Shown: piece after piece, positions 47,572-56,928 of the stretch
Layout of the letters: every line of letters starts with the position of its first letter
Numbering within the stretch: position 1 is the first letter of the stretch
From: an uncultured bacterium
GTDB taxonomy: Bacteria > Patescibacteriota > Minisyncoccia > UBA6257 > GWB1-50-10
Length of the DNA stretch: 64,000 bases
Reading direction: 5' to 3'
NCBI GenBank assembly: GCA_963768835.1
Contig: CAVYJB010000002.1
Location: 72,230 to 136,229, forward strand
Notes under the pieces: model-generated
Database searches by the model: none
What the model saw: the letters and a program-made list of their open reading frames with translations, nothing else
Told to the model about the DNA's origin: nothing
Program-made: the position numbers and the translations under genes

Positions 47572-50106
47572 CTAGTGGTAGACGATAAACGAAGCAGAGG
47601 ACTGATTTCCATTTAGGTCGGTGACCCTAATCTCAAACTGGTTTTGTGGCGCAAGCCCAAGTTGTGCGTTGTATTGGTAGTGGTAGGAAGTCCCGTTAAT
47701 CGCAAAGGCATTTATAAGGCCCCCGTTGAAATAAAGCTCTAACCGCTCAAGCCCTCTTGGTGAGGCGATGTCGGCATTGATTGTGAACGGGGATGACACG
47801 AAAGAGCCATTTCCTGGAGTAATATTGGTGATTGTGGTACTAGAGGAAGGAGAAGCAATCGGCGCGGTGCCAGAAGCAGAACCAGCCGAAACCGCTCCCG
47901 GGGGAATTGGTTGGTTGTAAGAGCTGAAGTTTGGGATGTTTGATTTTCCCCAATCAAGAACAGCGCTCTCCCAGTTTTTAAACTGCGGATCACTTGTCGG
48001 GTCCTGTGGCGCTGGTCCCAATGGATCGCTCGGGTTCACGTAATATAAAATCGAATGGAATTGTGGATAAGACACGCCGTTTAGGGTTGGGGTAGAAACC
48101 GCTTCGCCGTTCAGCATGGGTTTGTTGGGAAGAGAAATGGGATCGGGGCGTGTAAATGTGTCGGGAGGATAGAGGGGAAGCGCCGCTTTAAGAAAAGCGC
48201 TCCAGATGGGGATTGCGGCAAGGATACTCGAGCCTTGCCGTATCATGGGTGTATTGTCGTTATTTCCTGCCCATACCCCGACGGTCAATGAAGGTGTGTA
48301 GCCGAACGCCCACGCATCCCTGTGGTCCTCCGTTGTCCCTGTTTTTAAAGCCACCTCATGATCCGGAAACACCGTAAGAGGAAGAGTGTTTCCAAAAATA
48401 GGTTCTCGTAGCTGGGGATCCGAAAGGATCTGGGTTACGAGACGAGGATTCTGCGGATCAGCAACACGCGACGAGTTATCGTGGTATTGTTCGAGAGTGT
48501 TGCCGTCGCTGTCTGTGACGCTTAAAACCATCGACTGGTCGTGACGAACACCTTCTTGTGAGAGCGTGGAGTAGGCGTTCAAAAGATCGATGAGTTTAAT
48601 CTCGCCGCCCCCGAGCGTCAACGAGAGGCCGTACCGCCAACGCTCATTCAGTGTGGTGATACCAAAAGAATGAAGGTTGTTTAAAACATCATCAAATCCA
48701 GCAAGGTATAAAACCTGGACGGCGGGGATATTAAGAGATTGAGCAAGGGCGTTTTCGAGATGAACAGGTCCCCGCACCTGATTGTCGAAATCCGCCGGCC
48801 GGTAGCTTTTGGTTGGATCGTCGGCGTTGCGGGAATCAAACTCGATAGACACGTCGTCTACAACCGTTTTAGGAGAATATCCTTTCTGGAATGCGGTCAT
48901 GTAAACAAAGGGTTTTAGGGCAGAGCCGGGTTGTCGGAGGCCTTGGGTGACAACATCGAAGTTCCCCCCGTTTTGGACATCGAAGTAGTCCCTAGATCCC
49001 ACAAGAGCCAAAATCTGACCCGTCTGAGGATCCTGAACAGCCATCGCAGCATTCTTCGCGCCATAGGTTTGTTGGTTGTTTGCGCTTCCTTCTTCCACCG
49101 CCTTCTCTGCGATCTGCTGGAGTCCCCAGTCGAGTGTTGTGATAACCTTTAACCCCCCATTTTCGACGAGGGTGTCGCCATAACGGCTAGTAAGATAGTC
49201 TTTCACGGCGAGCGAAAAATGCGGGGCTTTAATAAGGCCGAGAGAGGGCGGGGCAAATTTAAGAACTTGTTGTTTCGCGGCATCGTGGTCTGCCTTTGAG
49301 ATAAAACCAAGTTCCAACATATGGTCGAGAACAGAATCTTTCCTGGCTAGCAGATCTGAGACGTGGTCGCCCCACGGCGAGTAATAACTTCCCTTGGGAA
49401 GGCTCGCTAGAGTGGCGGCTTCCGCGAGCGTAATATCTTTCACTGATTTTCCAAAAAAGGTCTGGCTAGCCGCTTCGATACCATAGGCGTTCGATCCATA
49501 AGGTATCTCATTGAGATAGAAAGCGAGAATCTGATCTTTGGTGTAATGCGTCTCGAGCTCGACGGCGAGCGCCAACTCTTTTAACTTTCGATCAAACGTA
49601 CGTTCGTCTGAAAGAAAAACATTCTTCACAAGCTGTTGGCTGATAGTTGAGCCACCTTGGGTAATTTGGCCCTGCTTTATATCCACAAAAAGCGCCCGAA
49701 CAATCCCTTTCCAATCAAAAGCAGGCTCTTGATAAAAGCTCGCGTCTTCGGCGGCAAGAGTCGCCTGTTTTACAATGGTTGGAATTTCATCGAAAGAGAC
49801 AATGGTTCGTTTTTGCTCCCCATGAATTTCATAAAGAAGAACCTGCCCCGTCCGGTCATAGATTTTAGTAGATTGGCTAATTTGCTGGTTGCCGATCTGG
49901 TCCGGAGAGGGGAGACCACGAAGAACAATCGCAAGATAAATAATAATGGCGGCGATGAGTGTCAATACGCCGAGGAAAAAGAAAACCGCCACGCGAGCCA
50001 GGGTGCGACGCTTAGATGGCAAGCGAGGGTGCGCCCCGCGGTTATGCGGTGTTCGAAGTCGATGGAACATCTGTATCATGATAAAACCCCGCGAGGTAGC
50101 ACGCAA
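47572..50106 (-). CDS. class A penicillin-binding protein (PBP1A-type transglycosylase/transpeptidase) with C-terminal beta-rich extension
   Basis: N-terminal TM anchor, GT51 motifs (EDxxFYxH-like 'AAEDASFYQEPAFDW', 'GGSTISQQLVKN') and a transpeptidase SxxK 'GSALKP'. Confidence 0.85.
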   Translation of the reverse strand: MRATSRGFIMIQMFHRLRTPHNRGAHPRLPSKRRTLARVAVFFFLGVLTLIAAIIIYLAIVLRGLPSPDQIGNQQISQSTKIYDRTGQVLLYEIHGEQKRTIVSFDEIPTIVKQATLAAEDASFYQEPAFDWKGIVRALFVDIKQGQITQGGSTISQQLVKNVFLSDERTFDRKLKELALAVELETHYTKDQILAFYLNEIPYGSNAYGIEAASQTFFGKSVKDITLAEAATLASLPKGSYYSPWGDHVSDLLARKDSVLDHMLELGFISKADHDAAKQQVLKFAPPSLGLIKAPHFSLAVKDYLTSRYGDTLVENGGLKVITTLDWGLQQIAEKAVEEGSANNQQTYGAKNAAMAVQDPQTGQILALVGSRDYFDVQNGGNFDVVTQGLRQPGSALKPFVYMTAFQKGYSPKTVVDDVSIEFDSRNADDPTKSYRPADFDNQVRGPVHLENALAQSLNIPAVQVLYLAGFDDVLNNLHSFGITTLNERWRYGLSLTLGGGEIKLIDLLNAYSTLSQEGVRHDQSMVLSVTDSDGNTLEQYHDNSSRVADPQNPRLVTQILSDPQLREPIFGNTLPLTVFPDHEVALKTGTTEDHRDAWAFGYTPSLTVGVWAGNNDNTPMIRQGSSILAAIPIWSAFLKAALPLYPPDTFTRPDPISLPNKPMLNGEAVSTPTLNGVSYPQFHSILYYVNPSDPLGPAPQDPTSDPQFKNWESAVLDWGKSNIPNFSSYNQPIPPGAVSAGSASGTAPIASPSSSTTITNITPGNGSFVSSPFTINADIASPRGLERLELYFNGGLINAFAINGTSYHYQYNAQLGLAPQNQFEIRVTDLNGNQSSASFIVYH

Positions 50107-50134
50107 ACTACTCTCGCGGGGTCTTGAATCGACT

Positions 50135-50320
50135 CTACCACTCTTCTCCTTCTTCCTCTTCAGGGAGCGGCGCTTCTACCTCAAGAGGGAGTTCTTCCTC
50201 ACCATCCCCGACGGCGGGCCCAACCTCCTCTTCTGGTGAAGGAGATGCGGGGACGCTGATGTCTGGATCAAGGGTTTGGTCGTCGTCGTGCACTTTCGCC
50301 AGTGTCACCGTGTTCAGCAT
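50135..50320 (-). CDS. small highly acidic hypothetical protein
   Basis: 61-aa ORF (Asp/Glu/Pro-rich) in the 290-bp gap between ruvC and the PBP gene, on the same strand; it could also be non-coding. Confidence 0.2.
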   Translation of the reverse strand: MLNTVTLAKVHDDDQTLDPDISVPASPSPEEEVGPAVGDGEEELPLEVEAPLPEEEEGEEW

Positions 50321-50398
50321 AATATGTCAACGTGGAACGACCTTTCGTTGGTACTACGCGCTGCCAATGGGAACAGTATACGGGACGAAGTGAGCTTG

Positions 50399-50884
50399 TC
50401 AATGCACAGGAGATTCCCCCAACTGGTGGCTCGAAGCCGCGATAGCTATCGCGAGTGCGTCGGTAACATCGTCGAGTGTGCGGCTAGGGGTAACACCAAG
50501 GAGACGAAAGACCATGGTCGCGACACTTGTTTTTGTGGCACTGCCGTAACCAGTGACCGCCACCTTCACTTCGCCTGGTGTAAGCTCAACAAGGGGAATC
50601 CCAAGCCGGGCGGTGCACGCAAGGAGAACGCCGCGCGCTTCTGCAACCTCAATGCCCGTTCGTTGGTTTTTGGTGAAAAAGAGGCGCTCAATCCCTACGC
50701 GTTCCGGCTCCATCTCTCGTATAAGCGTCTCCAAGCTCTTCTCGAGAGTCACGAGTCGCTTGGGTAGGCCACCCTCCGAAACAGCCAAAAGACCGCTCCG
50801 GAGATGTTCTAGATGATTACCATTCGTTTTAATGAAGCCATATCCCACCCGCGTGCTCCCCGGATCGATGCCTAAGACTATCAT
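50399..50884 (-). CDS. ruvC: crossover junction endodeoxyribonuclease RuvC
   Basis: 'MIVLGIDPGSTRVGYG' RNase H-fold start; 161 aa. Confidence 0.85.
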   Translation of the reverse strand: MIVLGIDPGSTRVGYGFIKTNGNHLEHLRSGLLAVSEGGLPKRLVTLEKSLETLIREMEPERVGIERLFFTKNQRTGIEVAEARGVLLACTARLGIPLVELTPGEVKVAVTGYGSATKTSVATMVFRLLGVTPSRTLDDVTDALAIAIAASSHQLGESPVH

Positions 50885-51420
50885 CGTGCAGATTGGATTA
50901 TGTTCGTCACAACCAAGACAACGTCATCGTGGTCGCTAAGGGCCTTAAGGAGCGTTTCGAGTTTAGGGCGTTCCTCGGGGCTTAACGCCTGGGGAAATTT
51001 GGGGGTGAAGCCCGACAAACTCTCTTCAAAAGCCCAACGTACGCTCCCTGGATCTGCCCATTTTCCTCCGTGCTCCTTCAGCAATATCTTAATTTCCATG
51101 ATTGTTCTGTTTTTGCTGTCGGTAACACCCTTGAGGATAATGGCGGTACCACCTGGCCCATAAGCTTCACACACAACTTCTTCTAGGTTCCGATCTTCTG
51201 CCGAGGCCCGATGGACCGCGCGCTCAACGGTGTCGGAAGCTACTCCCGCATCTCTGGCGTCCTGTACGGCGCTCCGGAGACGGGGATTGAAATCAGGATT
51301 CGGTTCGTTCTTGGCGGCTATCGTAACGGAACGGAGAAGTTTAGAAAAAAGGGCGCCACGTTTTTTATCCGTTGACCCCTTCTGTTCCTTGATCTGTTTC
51401 CAGTGGCTGTGTCCGGACAT
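50881..51420 (-). CDS. YebC/PmpR-family DNA-binding regulator (short form)
   Basis: 'MSGHSHWKQIKEQKGSTDKKRGALFSKL' matches the conserved YebC N-terminus; at 179 aa it is shorter than the typical ~245 aa. Confidence 0.7.
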   Translation of the reverse strand: MSGHSHWKQIKEQKGSTDKKRGALFSKLLRSVTIAAKNEPNPDFNPRLRSAVQDARDAGVASDTVERAVHRASAEDRNLEEVVCEAYGPGGTAIILKGVTDSKNRTIMEIKILLKEHGGKWADPGSVRWAFEESLSGFTPKFPQALSPEERPKLETLLKALSDHDDVVLVVTNIIQSAR

Positions 51421-51432
51421 AGAACGAAGAGC

Positions 51433-52767
51433 TCACACCGCAGGAGCGAGGGGGTTGATGGAGGATGGCCGAAGCGGAAGAGTAAACCAGAAAGAGCTTC
51501 CTCGGTTTTGCACCGATTCGAACCCAACCTCGCCGCCATGCTGTTCGATAATATTCTTTGTGATGTAAAGACCGAGGCCGCTTCCATTCGGCTCAAGCGC
51601 AACAGCATTAGAGCCGCGGTGAAGTTTTTGGAAGAGCGCCTTTTCATCCTCAGGTGGGACGCCCACCCCCGTATCCTCGACAGTAACCTTTACATACGGT
51701 TGCGTAGGAAGGGTGGTCAACGAAACCACCACCTTACCGTTTTTGGTGTTGTATTTAATCGCGTTATCAACAAGGTTTAAGAGGGCGGTTGAGATGCGGG
51801 CTGGATCGATGCGAACCGCAACCACGGGTTCTGCAGGCGGTTCCAGATAGACATTCACGCCATATTGTTTTGCAATCGGCGCGATGCTCGCGAGGACGCT
51901 TTCTAAAAGCTCAACAAGGTTCGTCTCCACGTACGCATAACCGAACTTTCCCTCCTCAATCTTCGAGGCGTCCAAGAGATCGTTGGTGATCTTGAGAGAG
52001 CGTTGAGCTAATTGATAAGTTTCCTCCACAAGACCATGGATCTCCACCGGGGAATGTTCGGTAAGCTTCTGGAGACTTTCTAGCGACCACCCGATGGCCG
52101 TGAGAGGCGTGCGGAGTTGGTGAGCCGCGACGCCTATAAAGTCATTTTTCTGAGAAAGAAGCTGCTTTTCCCGCGTAAGGTCCTTTACGAGACGGAGAAA
52201 CCCAATGGGTGCCCCGTGGTTGTCTACAAGTCGATGGAGGGTTGTCCGGAGCTCGAGGTTGGGCGCTTCCAGCGAAAGGTCGATGACCTGCGGCCATGTA
52301 TTGGAGCCCGACACTTCGGTCATCGCAGAGGCAAGCGATGGATAAATAACCTGCGCGAGAATGCGGAAATGCGGATTCTTCACCATCCCAGGGTCGATGC
52401 GGCGCCCCAAAACCTCACTGGCTGCGATTTTAAAAATCTCTTCTGCTGTCCGGTTAAAAGTAAGGATCTTAAATGTCGGGTCGTAGAGGATAACGCCGTC
52501 AGGGAGGTAGTTAATTAAAGAGGAAAATTCCTGATCGCTTAATTGACGGTCAACCCGGAGGCGAATAAGCTCAGTCGTGTTCTTTAGCTTCACCACTCCG
52601 AGGCCAATAAGAACAAGAAGGGACAGGAACCAGAGCGAAAAAGGAGCGAAAACAATATTGATGACGAGGGGCACGCTTGCGAAAAGCAAGAACGCGAGAA
52701 GTCCGATAATCTCGGTTCGCCGCAAGTACATCCGGAGCGTCTGGCTGATATAGCGAAGCGCATTCAT
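51433..52767 (-). CDS. sensor histidine kinase (TM-PAS-HisKA-HATPase_c)
   Basis: H-box 'AAHQLRTPLTAI' and G-boxes 'GVGVPPED...GSGLGLYITKNII'; no response regulator gene is adjacent. Confidence 0.75.
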   Translation of the reverse strand: MNALRYISQTLRMYLRRTEIIGLLAFLLFASVPLVINIVFAPFSLWFLSLLVLIGLGVVKLKNTTELIRLRVDRQLSDQEFSSLINYLPDGVILYDPTFKILTFNRTAEEIFKIAASEVLGRRIDPGMVKNPHFRILAQVIYPSLASAMTEVSGSNTWPQVIDLSLEAPNLELRTTLHRLVDNHGAPIGFLRLVKDLTREKQLLSQKNDFIGVAAHQLRTPLTAIGWSLESLQKLTEHSPVEIHGLVEETYQLAQRSLKITNDLLDASKIEEGKFGYAYVETNLVELLESVLASIAPIAKQYGVNVYLEPPAEPVVAVRIDPARISTALLNLVDNAIKYNTKNGKVVVSLTTLPTQPYVKVTVEDTGVGVPPEDEKALFQKLHRGSNAVALEPNGSGLGLYITKNIIEQHGGEVGFESVQNRGSSFWFTLPLRPSSINPLAPAV

Positions 52768-52774
52768 GGGTTTG

Positions 52775-55264
52775 TTAGCGAGGAAAGGGAACCATCGACC
52801 CCCAATCAGCACCAGATTTAGTTTCTGTGAGTAATGGCACCGCGAGCGGGAGGATGTTTTCCGCAATTTCCTTCAGAAGACTCGCTATATTTGTAAGAAT
52901 AGCATCGCGGACCTCGAAGAGCAATTCGTCGTGGATAGAAAGAACCAAACGTGCGTCTGTTCCAAACCACCCACGTTCCTTAAGCAATGCGCAACTCCGA
53001 ACCATCGCGGATTTTAAAATATCAGCGCCAAGGCTTTGGAGCGGCATATTAACAGCGGCTCTCTCCACCTCGCTTTCATATCGAGGAGTACTTGATTTAA
53101 GAAACCATCGGCGACGGCCGTTCTGATTCCGGACATAACCAAAAGTGCGAGCCTCAGCTCTCACCCGCTCCTGCCAATCGTAGATCCCTGGAAAGTTATG
53201 GTGATACTCTCGAATGAACTTACTAGCGTCTGCGAGTGTTACACCGCTAGCTTTCGCAAATGAGCGCGGGCCCATACCGTACACGACGCCAAAGTTAAGC
53301 GTCTTCGCGGTGCGACGCATTGCAGGAGTCACAGCGTTAGGATTCACGCCGAAAATTTTCTCCGCCGTCAGGCGATGAATGTCCTCACCCGCATGGAAAG
53401 CCGCGCAAAGATTTTTATCTCCTGACGCATGGGCGAGAAGACGTAGCTCCAGTTGCGAGTAGTCGAGAGACAAAAACGAATATCCTGGAGCTGCGACAAA
53501 AGCCCGCCGGAGTTCACTGGACCATTTAGACTCCTGTGGAATGTTTTGTAGATTTGGGTTCTGCGAAGAGAGGCGCCCCGTGGCGGCGCCGGTCTGATCG
53601 AATTGCGTACGAACCCGTCCGTCTGATTCGACCGCCGCGAGGAGGGGGAGCACAAAGCCCGATCGGATTTTGAAGTCCTCCCGGTAGATCAAGATTTGTC
53701 CTACGATGGGATGTGCTCCCTGGAGCTCTTCGAGGACGTCTCGGTTCATACGAACCTGGCCAGTGGCGGTTTTTCGCTTTCTAGACGGGATAATTTTCAG
53801 TCGTTCGAAAAGAACCTCACCCACCTGACGGGGGGAATTGAGGTTGAACGGGCCCCCCGCAGACCGGTAAATATCCTCCGTAAGTTCCTTAAGCTCCGCG
53901 TCAATAGCACGGGAGAGCTCCTCGAGGGTTTTTGTGCGGACACCGATACCCCATCGCTCCATCGCCACGAGGACGCGGACCAAAGGCATCTCAATGGTTT
54001 CAAAAATGCCCCGGAGGTCATACTCGGTCAGTTTGGAATCCAAGAAGCGGAAAAGGTCCCGCAAAAAGTCTTCGGAGGCGCTGTCATTGTCGATTGCTGG
54101 GATAGAGCGTTTCAAAAATCGTTTTCCAAGAGCAGCCGGCGTAAATTCAGTGTTGTCGGAATCCACAAGCCACCCCGCTATGGAGAGGTCAAAAAGTGGA
54201 TCCCGTACCTCCAGGTTTTCTTTTGCTAAATCCTTCAAGATCGATTTCCAGTTCGGAGCGACCTTCAGGGTTGAGGAGGACGCGATGTCGGGATGGCTCC
54301 GCACAAAAGCGCCCGATGTAACAATAGCTATATCTTTCCTTTCTTTCTGTTGGGACACGGCCGTTTCTGCGGTAAGAAAAGGAAGTTCGCCCGGAGAGGG
54401 AGAGGTGGTCCACTTTAGTTGCTTCAAGATGCGATCGAATCCAAGTTCTTGAAAATAAGGCTCGAGCGATGAGCGGTCGAGGTCGGAGGATACAATGCTT
54501 TCAAGGTCCACATCCACGGGCGCGTCCGTGCGGATCGTGCCAAGTCTTTTCGAAAGCAATGCCATCTCGCGTTCAGCGAGGATCTTTTTCGAAGCAGCGT
54601 CCGTTGGTTCCAGCCCTTTCAAAAGCAACCCAAGGGTTCCTGCTTCTTTTAGTAGTTTTGCCGCAGTCTTCGGCCCAATTCCTTTCACGCCCGGTATGTT
54701 GTCGGAGGTGTCACCCACAAGCCCCTTATAGTCCGGGATCTGGCGCGGCGAGAGCCCGTAACGCGCGATGACAGCCGCCTCGTTGTAAGTTACTATCCCT
54801 TCGCCTTTCCGAGGAGTTTCGACAACCACATGGTCGTCTTCCACGAGTTGGACGGCGTCGAGATCTCCCGTGAGGATAACAATCCTCAGCCCCTCCTGGT
54901 TCCGGAGCTTCGCGACAAAGGTCCCTATAACATCATCCGCTTCATACCCTGGAGCCGAGAAGGTGCGAATACCGAGCCGCTCGAATATTTCAGGGGCTCT
55001 CACGAGCTGAGGAACCAGTTCATCTGCGGTTGGTGGACGATGGGCCTTATACTCTGCAAATTCTTTTTTTCGTAATGTAGGTTCTTTTCTGTCGAATGCC
55101 GCCGCGACATAAGAGGGTTTTTTCTCGCGGAGAGTTTTTAAAAGCGCGGACGTAAGTCCGAAGAGCGCCCCCGTAGGTTCCCCCAGACGAGAGGTGAGCG
55201 GGGGAAGTGCGTGAAACGAACGGTGGACGAGAGAGTTTGCGTCGATGAGAAGGAGCGTTTTCAT
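52775..55264 (-). CDS. polA: DNA polymerase I
   Basis: 5'-3' exonuclease N-terminus (MKTLLLIDANSLVHRSFHA) and family A polymerase motifs (DYSQLELR, RRTAKTLNFGVVYG, HDELLFE). Confidence 0.9.
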   Translation of the reverse strand: MKTLLLIDANSLVHRSFHALPPLTSRLGEPTGALFGLTSALLKTLREKKPSYVAAAFDRKEPTLRKKEFAEYKAHRPPTADELVPQLVRAPEIFERLGIRTFSAPGYEADDVIGTFVAKLRNQEGLRIVILTGDLDAVQLVEDDHVVVETPRKGEGIVTYNEAAVIARYGLSPRQIPDYKGLVGDTSDNIPGVKGIGPKTAAKLLKEAGTLGLLLKGLEPTDAASKKILAEREMALLSKRLGTIRTDAPVDVDLESIVSSDLDRSSLEPYFQELGFDRILKQLKWTTSPSPGELPFLTAETAVSQQKERKDIAIVTSGAFVRSHPDIASSSTLKVAPNWKSILKDLAKENLEVRDPLFDLSIAGWLVDSDNTEFTPAALGKRFLKRSIPAIDNDSASEDFLRDLFRFLDSKLTEYDLRGIFETIEMPLVRVLVAMERWGIGVRTKTLEELSRAIDAELKELTEDIYRSAGGPFNLNSPRQVGEVLFERLKIIPSRKRKTATGQVRMNRDVLEELQGAHPIVGQILIYREDFKIRSGFVLPLLAAVESDGRVRTQFDQTGAATGRLSSQNPNLQNIPQESKWSSELRRAFVAAPGYSFLSLDYSQLELRLLAHASGDKNLCAAFHAGEDIHRLTAEKIFGVNPNAVTPAMRRTAKTLNFGVVYGMGPRSFAKASGVTLADASKFIREYHHNFPGIYDWQERVRAEARTFGYVRNQNGRRRWFLKSSTPRYESEVERAAVNMPLQSLGADILKSAMVRSCALLKERGWFGTDARLVLSIHDELLFEVRDAILTNIASLLKEIAENILPLAVPLLTETKSGADWGSMVPFPR

Positions 55265-55707
55265 GTTAATCGTAGAACCCGTTCGTTTGGCTTTCGGCCG
55301 TGCTGGAGACGAATCCAAAGAGTGGAAGCAGGAAGTGCTCGACGGATGTTTGTCGGCCATTCGACGAGAACAATATTTTTCGGGTCCGCTATGACACCCT
55401 TCAAATCAAGTGGGTCGAGTTCGCGCACACAGGAGAGCCGATAGGCGTCTACGTGAAACAATCGGTGATACCGTGTGCTGCGGATACGATAGCCGCGGAA
55501 GATTATGAAAGTGGGACTCGTGATCCTTTTTCGGACACCTAACCCCCGCGCGAATCCTTGCACAAAAGTCGTTTTCCCAGATCCTAAGGTTCCTGATAGC
55601 GCGACAACGAGCGCGCGGGGGTGGCGAAGCTCTGTTTGGAGCAGTTCCTTCGCCAGAAGCGTGGCAAACGCTTGGGTCGTTTTGGGAGAGGAGCTTGCGA
55701 ACTCCAT
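55261..55707 (-). CDS. tsaE: tRNA threonylcarbamoyladenosine biosynthesis ATPase TsaE
   Basis: P-loop 'LSGTLGSGKTTFVQG'; 148 aa; 4-nt overlap with polA. Confidence 0.7.
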   Translation of the reverse strand: MEFASSSPKTTQAFATLLAKELLQTELRHPRALVVALSGTLGSGKTTFVQGFARGLGVRKRITSPTFIIFRGYRIRSTRYHRLFHVDAYRLSCVRELDPLDLKGVIADPKNIVLVEWPTNIRRALPASTLWIRLQHGRKPNERVLRLT

Positions 55708-55718
55708 TTGGCGTGGCG

Positions 55719-56717
55719 CTAAAGAAGCGTTGATTTATCAGGGATCTTTAGGTGCCGGAAGGCCGCTTCGGTTGCTACCCGACCCGAGGAGGTGCGATTC
55801 AAAAAACCTAATTTCATGAGAAAAGGCTCGAAAACATCCTCGACGGTACCAGGCTCTTCATTTAGACCGGCCGCAAGAGTTTTCAGACCCACGGGCCCCC
55901 CGTTGAACTTCCGGATGATAATCTCCAGAAGATGACGATCGGCTTGTTCGAGGCCGAGCTCGTCAATTTCCAGAAGTTCCAGGGTTTTCGTGACTACCTC
56001 ACCGTCAATCGTATTCCGTCGGTTCACTTGGGCATAGTCGCGAGATCGCTTAAGAAGTCGGTTCGCAACACGAGGAGTAAAACGTGAGACGCGAGCTAAA
56101 AGTGCGATGGCGTCAGGCGTTGCCGTGACACCAAGAAGTTTTGCGGAACGCCCAAGGATACGCCCGATATCTTCTACGCTATAGTAATCGAGGCGGAACG
56201 TAGCTCCGAATCTGGAGCGCAACGGCGCCGACAGGAGATTCATTTTCGTAGTCGCCGCGATGATCGTAAAAGGAGGGAGCTCGAGAGAGAAAGTTCTAGC
56301 AGAGGGTCCCTTCCCCACAACGAGATGTAATTTCCGCGACTCCATCGCGGGATAAAGAATCTCTTCAGCAATCTTGTTTATACGATGAACCTCGTCTATG
56401 AATAAAATATCGTGAGGTTCGAGGTTCGATAGAATAGCGGCGACATCCCCCGCCTTCTCGAGCGCGGGTCCTGAGGTCGTACGAAGATTCGCTCCCATCT
56501 CTTTCCCGGTGAGGTAGGCGAGAGTTGTCTTGCCGAGACCCGCCTGCCCGAAGAGAAGAAGATGATCGCACGCTTCGTGGCGTTCGCGCGCCGCATCAAT
56601 AATCAGGCGAAGATTTCGCTTGATCTGGTCCTGCCCCACGTACTCCTCCCACCGGGTGGGGCGCAGCGCGGCATCCCAGTTAACATCAGTTTCTCCCTTA
56701 GAAACCTTGGGTTCCAT
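55719..56717 (-). CDS. ruvB: Holliday junction branch migration helicase RuvB
   Basis: AAA+ 'LLFGQAGLGKTTLA' and 'ILFIDEVHR' motifs, typical RuvB sequence. Confidence 0.9.
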   Translation of the reverse strand: MEPKVSKGETDVNWDAALRPTRWEEYVGQDQIKRNLRLIIDAARERHEACDHLLLFGQAGLGKTTLAYLTGKEMGANLRTTSGPALEKAGDVAAILSNLEPHDILFIDEVHRINKIAEEILYPAMESRKLHLVVGKGPSARTFSLELPPFTIIAATTKMNLLSAPLRSRFGATFRLDYYSVEDIGRILGRSAKLLGVTATPDAIALLARVSRFTPRVANRLLKRSRDYAQVNRRNTIDGEVVTKTLELLEIDELGLEQADRHLLEIIIRKFNGGPVGLKTLAAGLNEEPGTVEDVFEPFLMKLGFLNRTSSGRVATEAAFRHLKIPDKSTLL

Positions 56718-56750
56718 ACTATTGACAAATATATTTATTTATGCTAGACT

Positions 56751-56925
56751 GCCACTTAGAATCTCAAGCTGAGATCTGTGGGCAACGGATAATCTCCAGA
56801 TTTAGGACCTCTTAGCTTTGGCTTGGAATATCCGCTGGAACTATCCAACCTTTCCTAGTTTTCATTAGGAAACCTCAACGCTCTCCCGGGCGTATTGCCC
56901 ACAGATCTCAGGTCGGGATTCTTTT
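56751..56925 (+). ncRNA. candidate structured small RNA of unknown class
   Basis: TTGACA-17 nt-TAGACT promoter-like element at 56722-56750; a perfect 17-bp long-range stem (ctgagatctgtgggcaa, 56769-56785, pairing with ttgcccacagatctcag, 56895-56911) encloses ~110 nt with internal hairpins (cggata/tatccg; cctttccta/taggaaacc) and is followed by tctttttgttt. Confidence 0.3.
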
Positions 56926-56928
56926 TGT

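Noticed and set aside
56751-56925. Assignment of the structured element to SRP RNA, tmRNA, RNase P RNA or a tRNA
   Set aside because: The length (~170 nt) and the absence of the conserved SRP domain IV motif, the tmRNA tag ORF or the RNase P P4 sequences argue against these; left as an unclassified candidate RNA.
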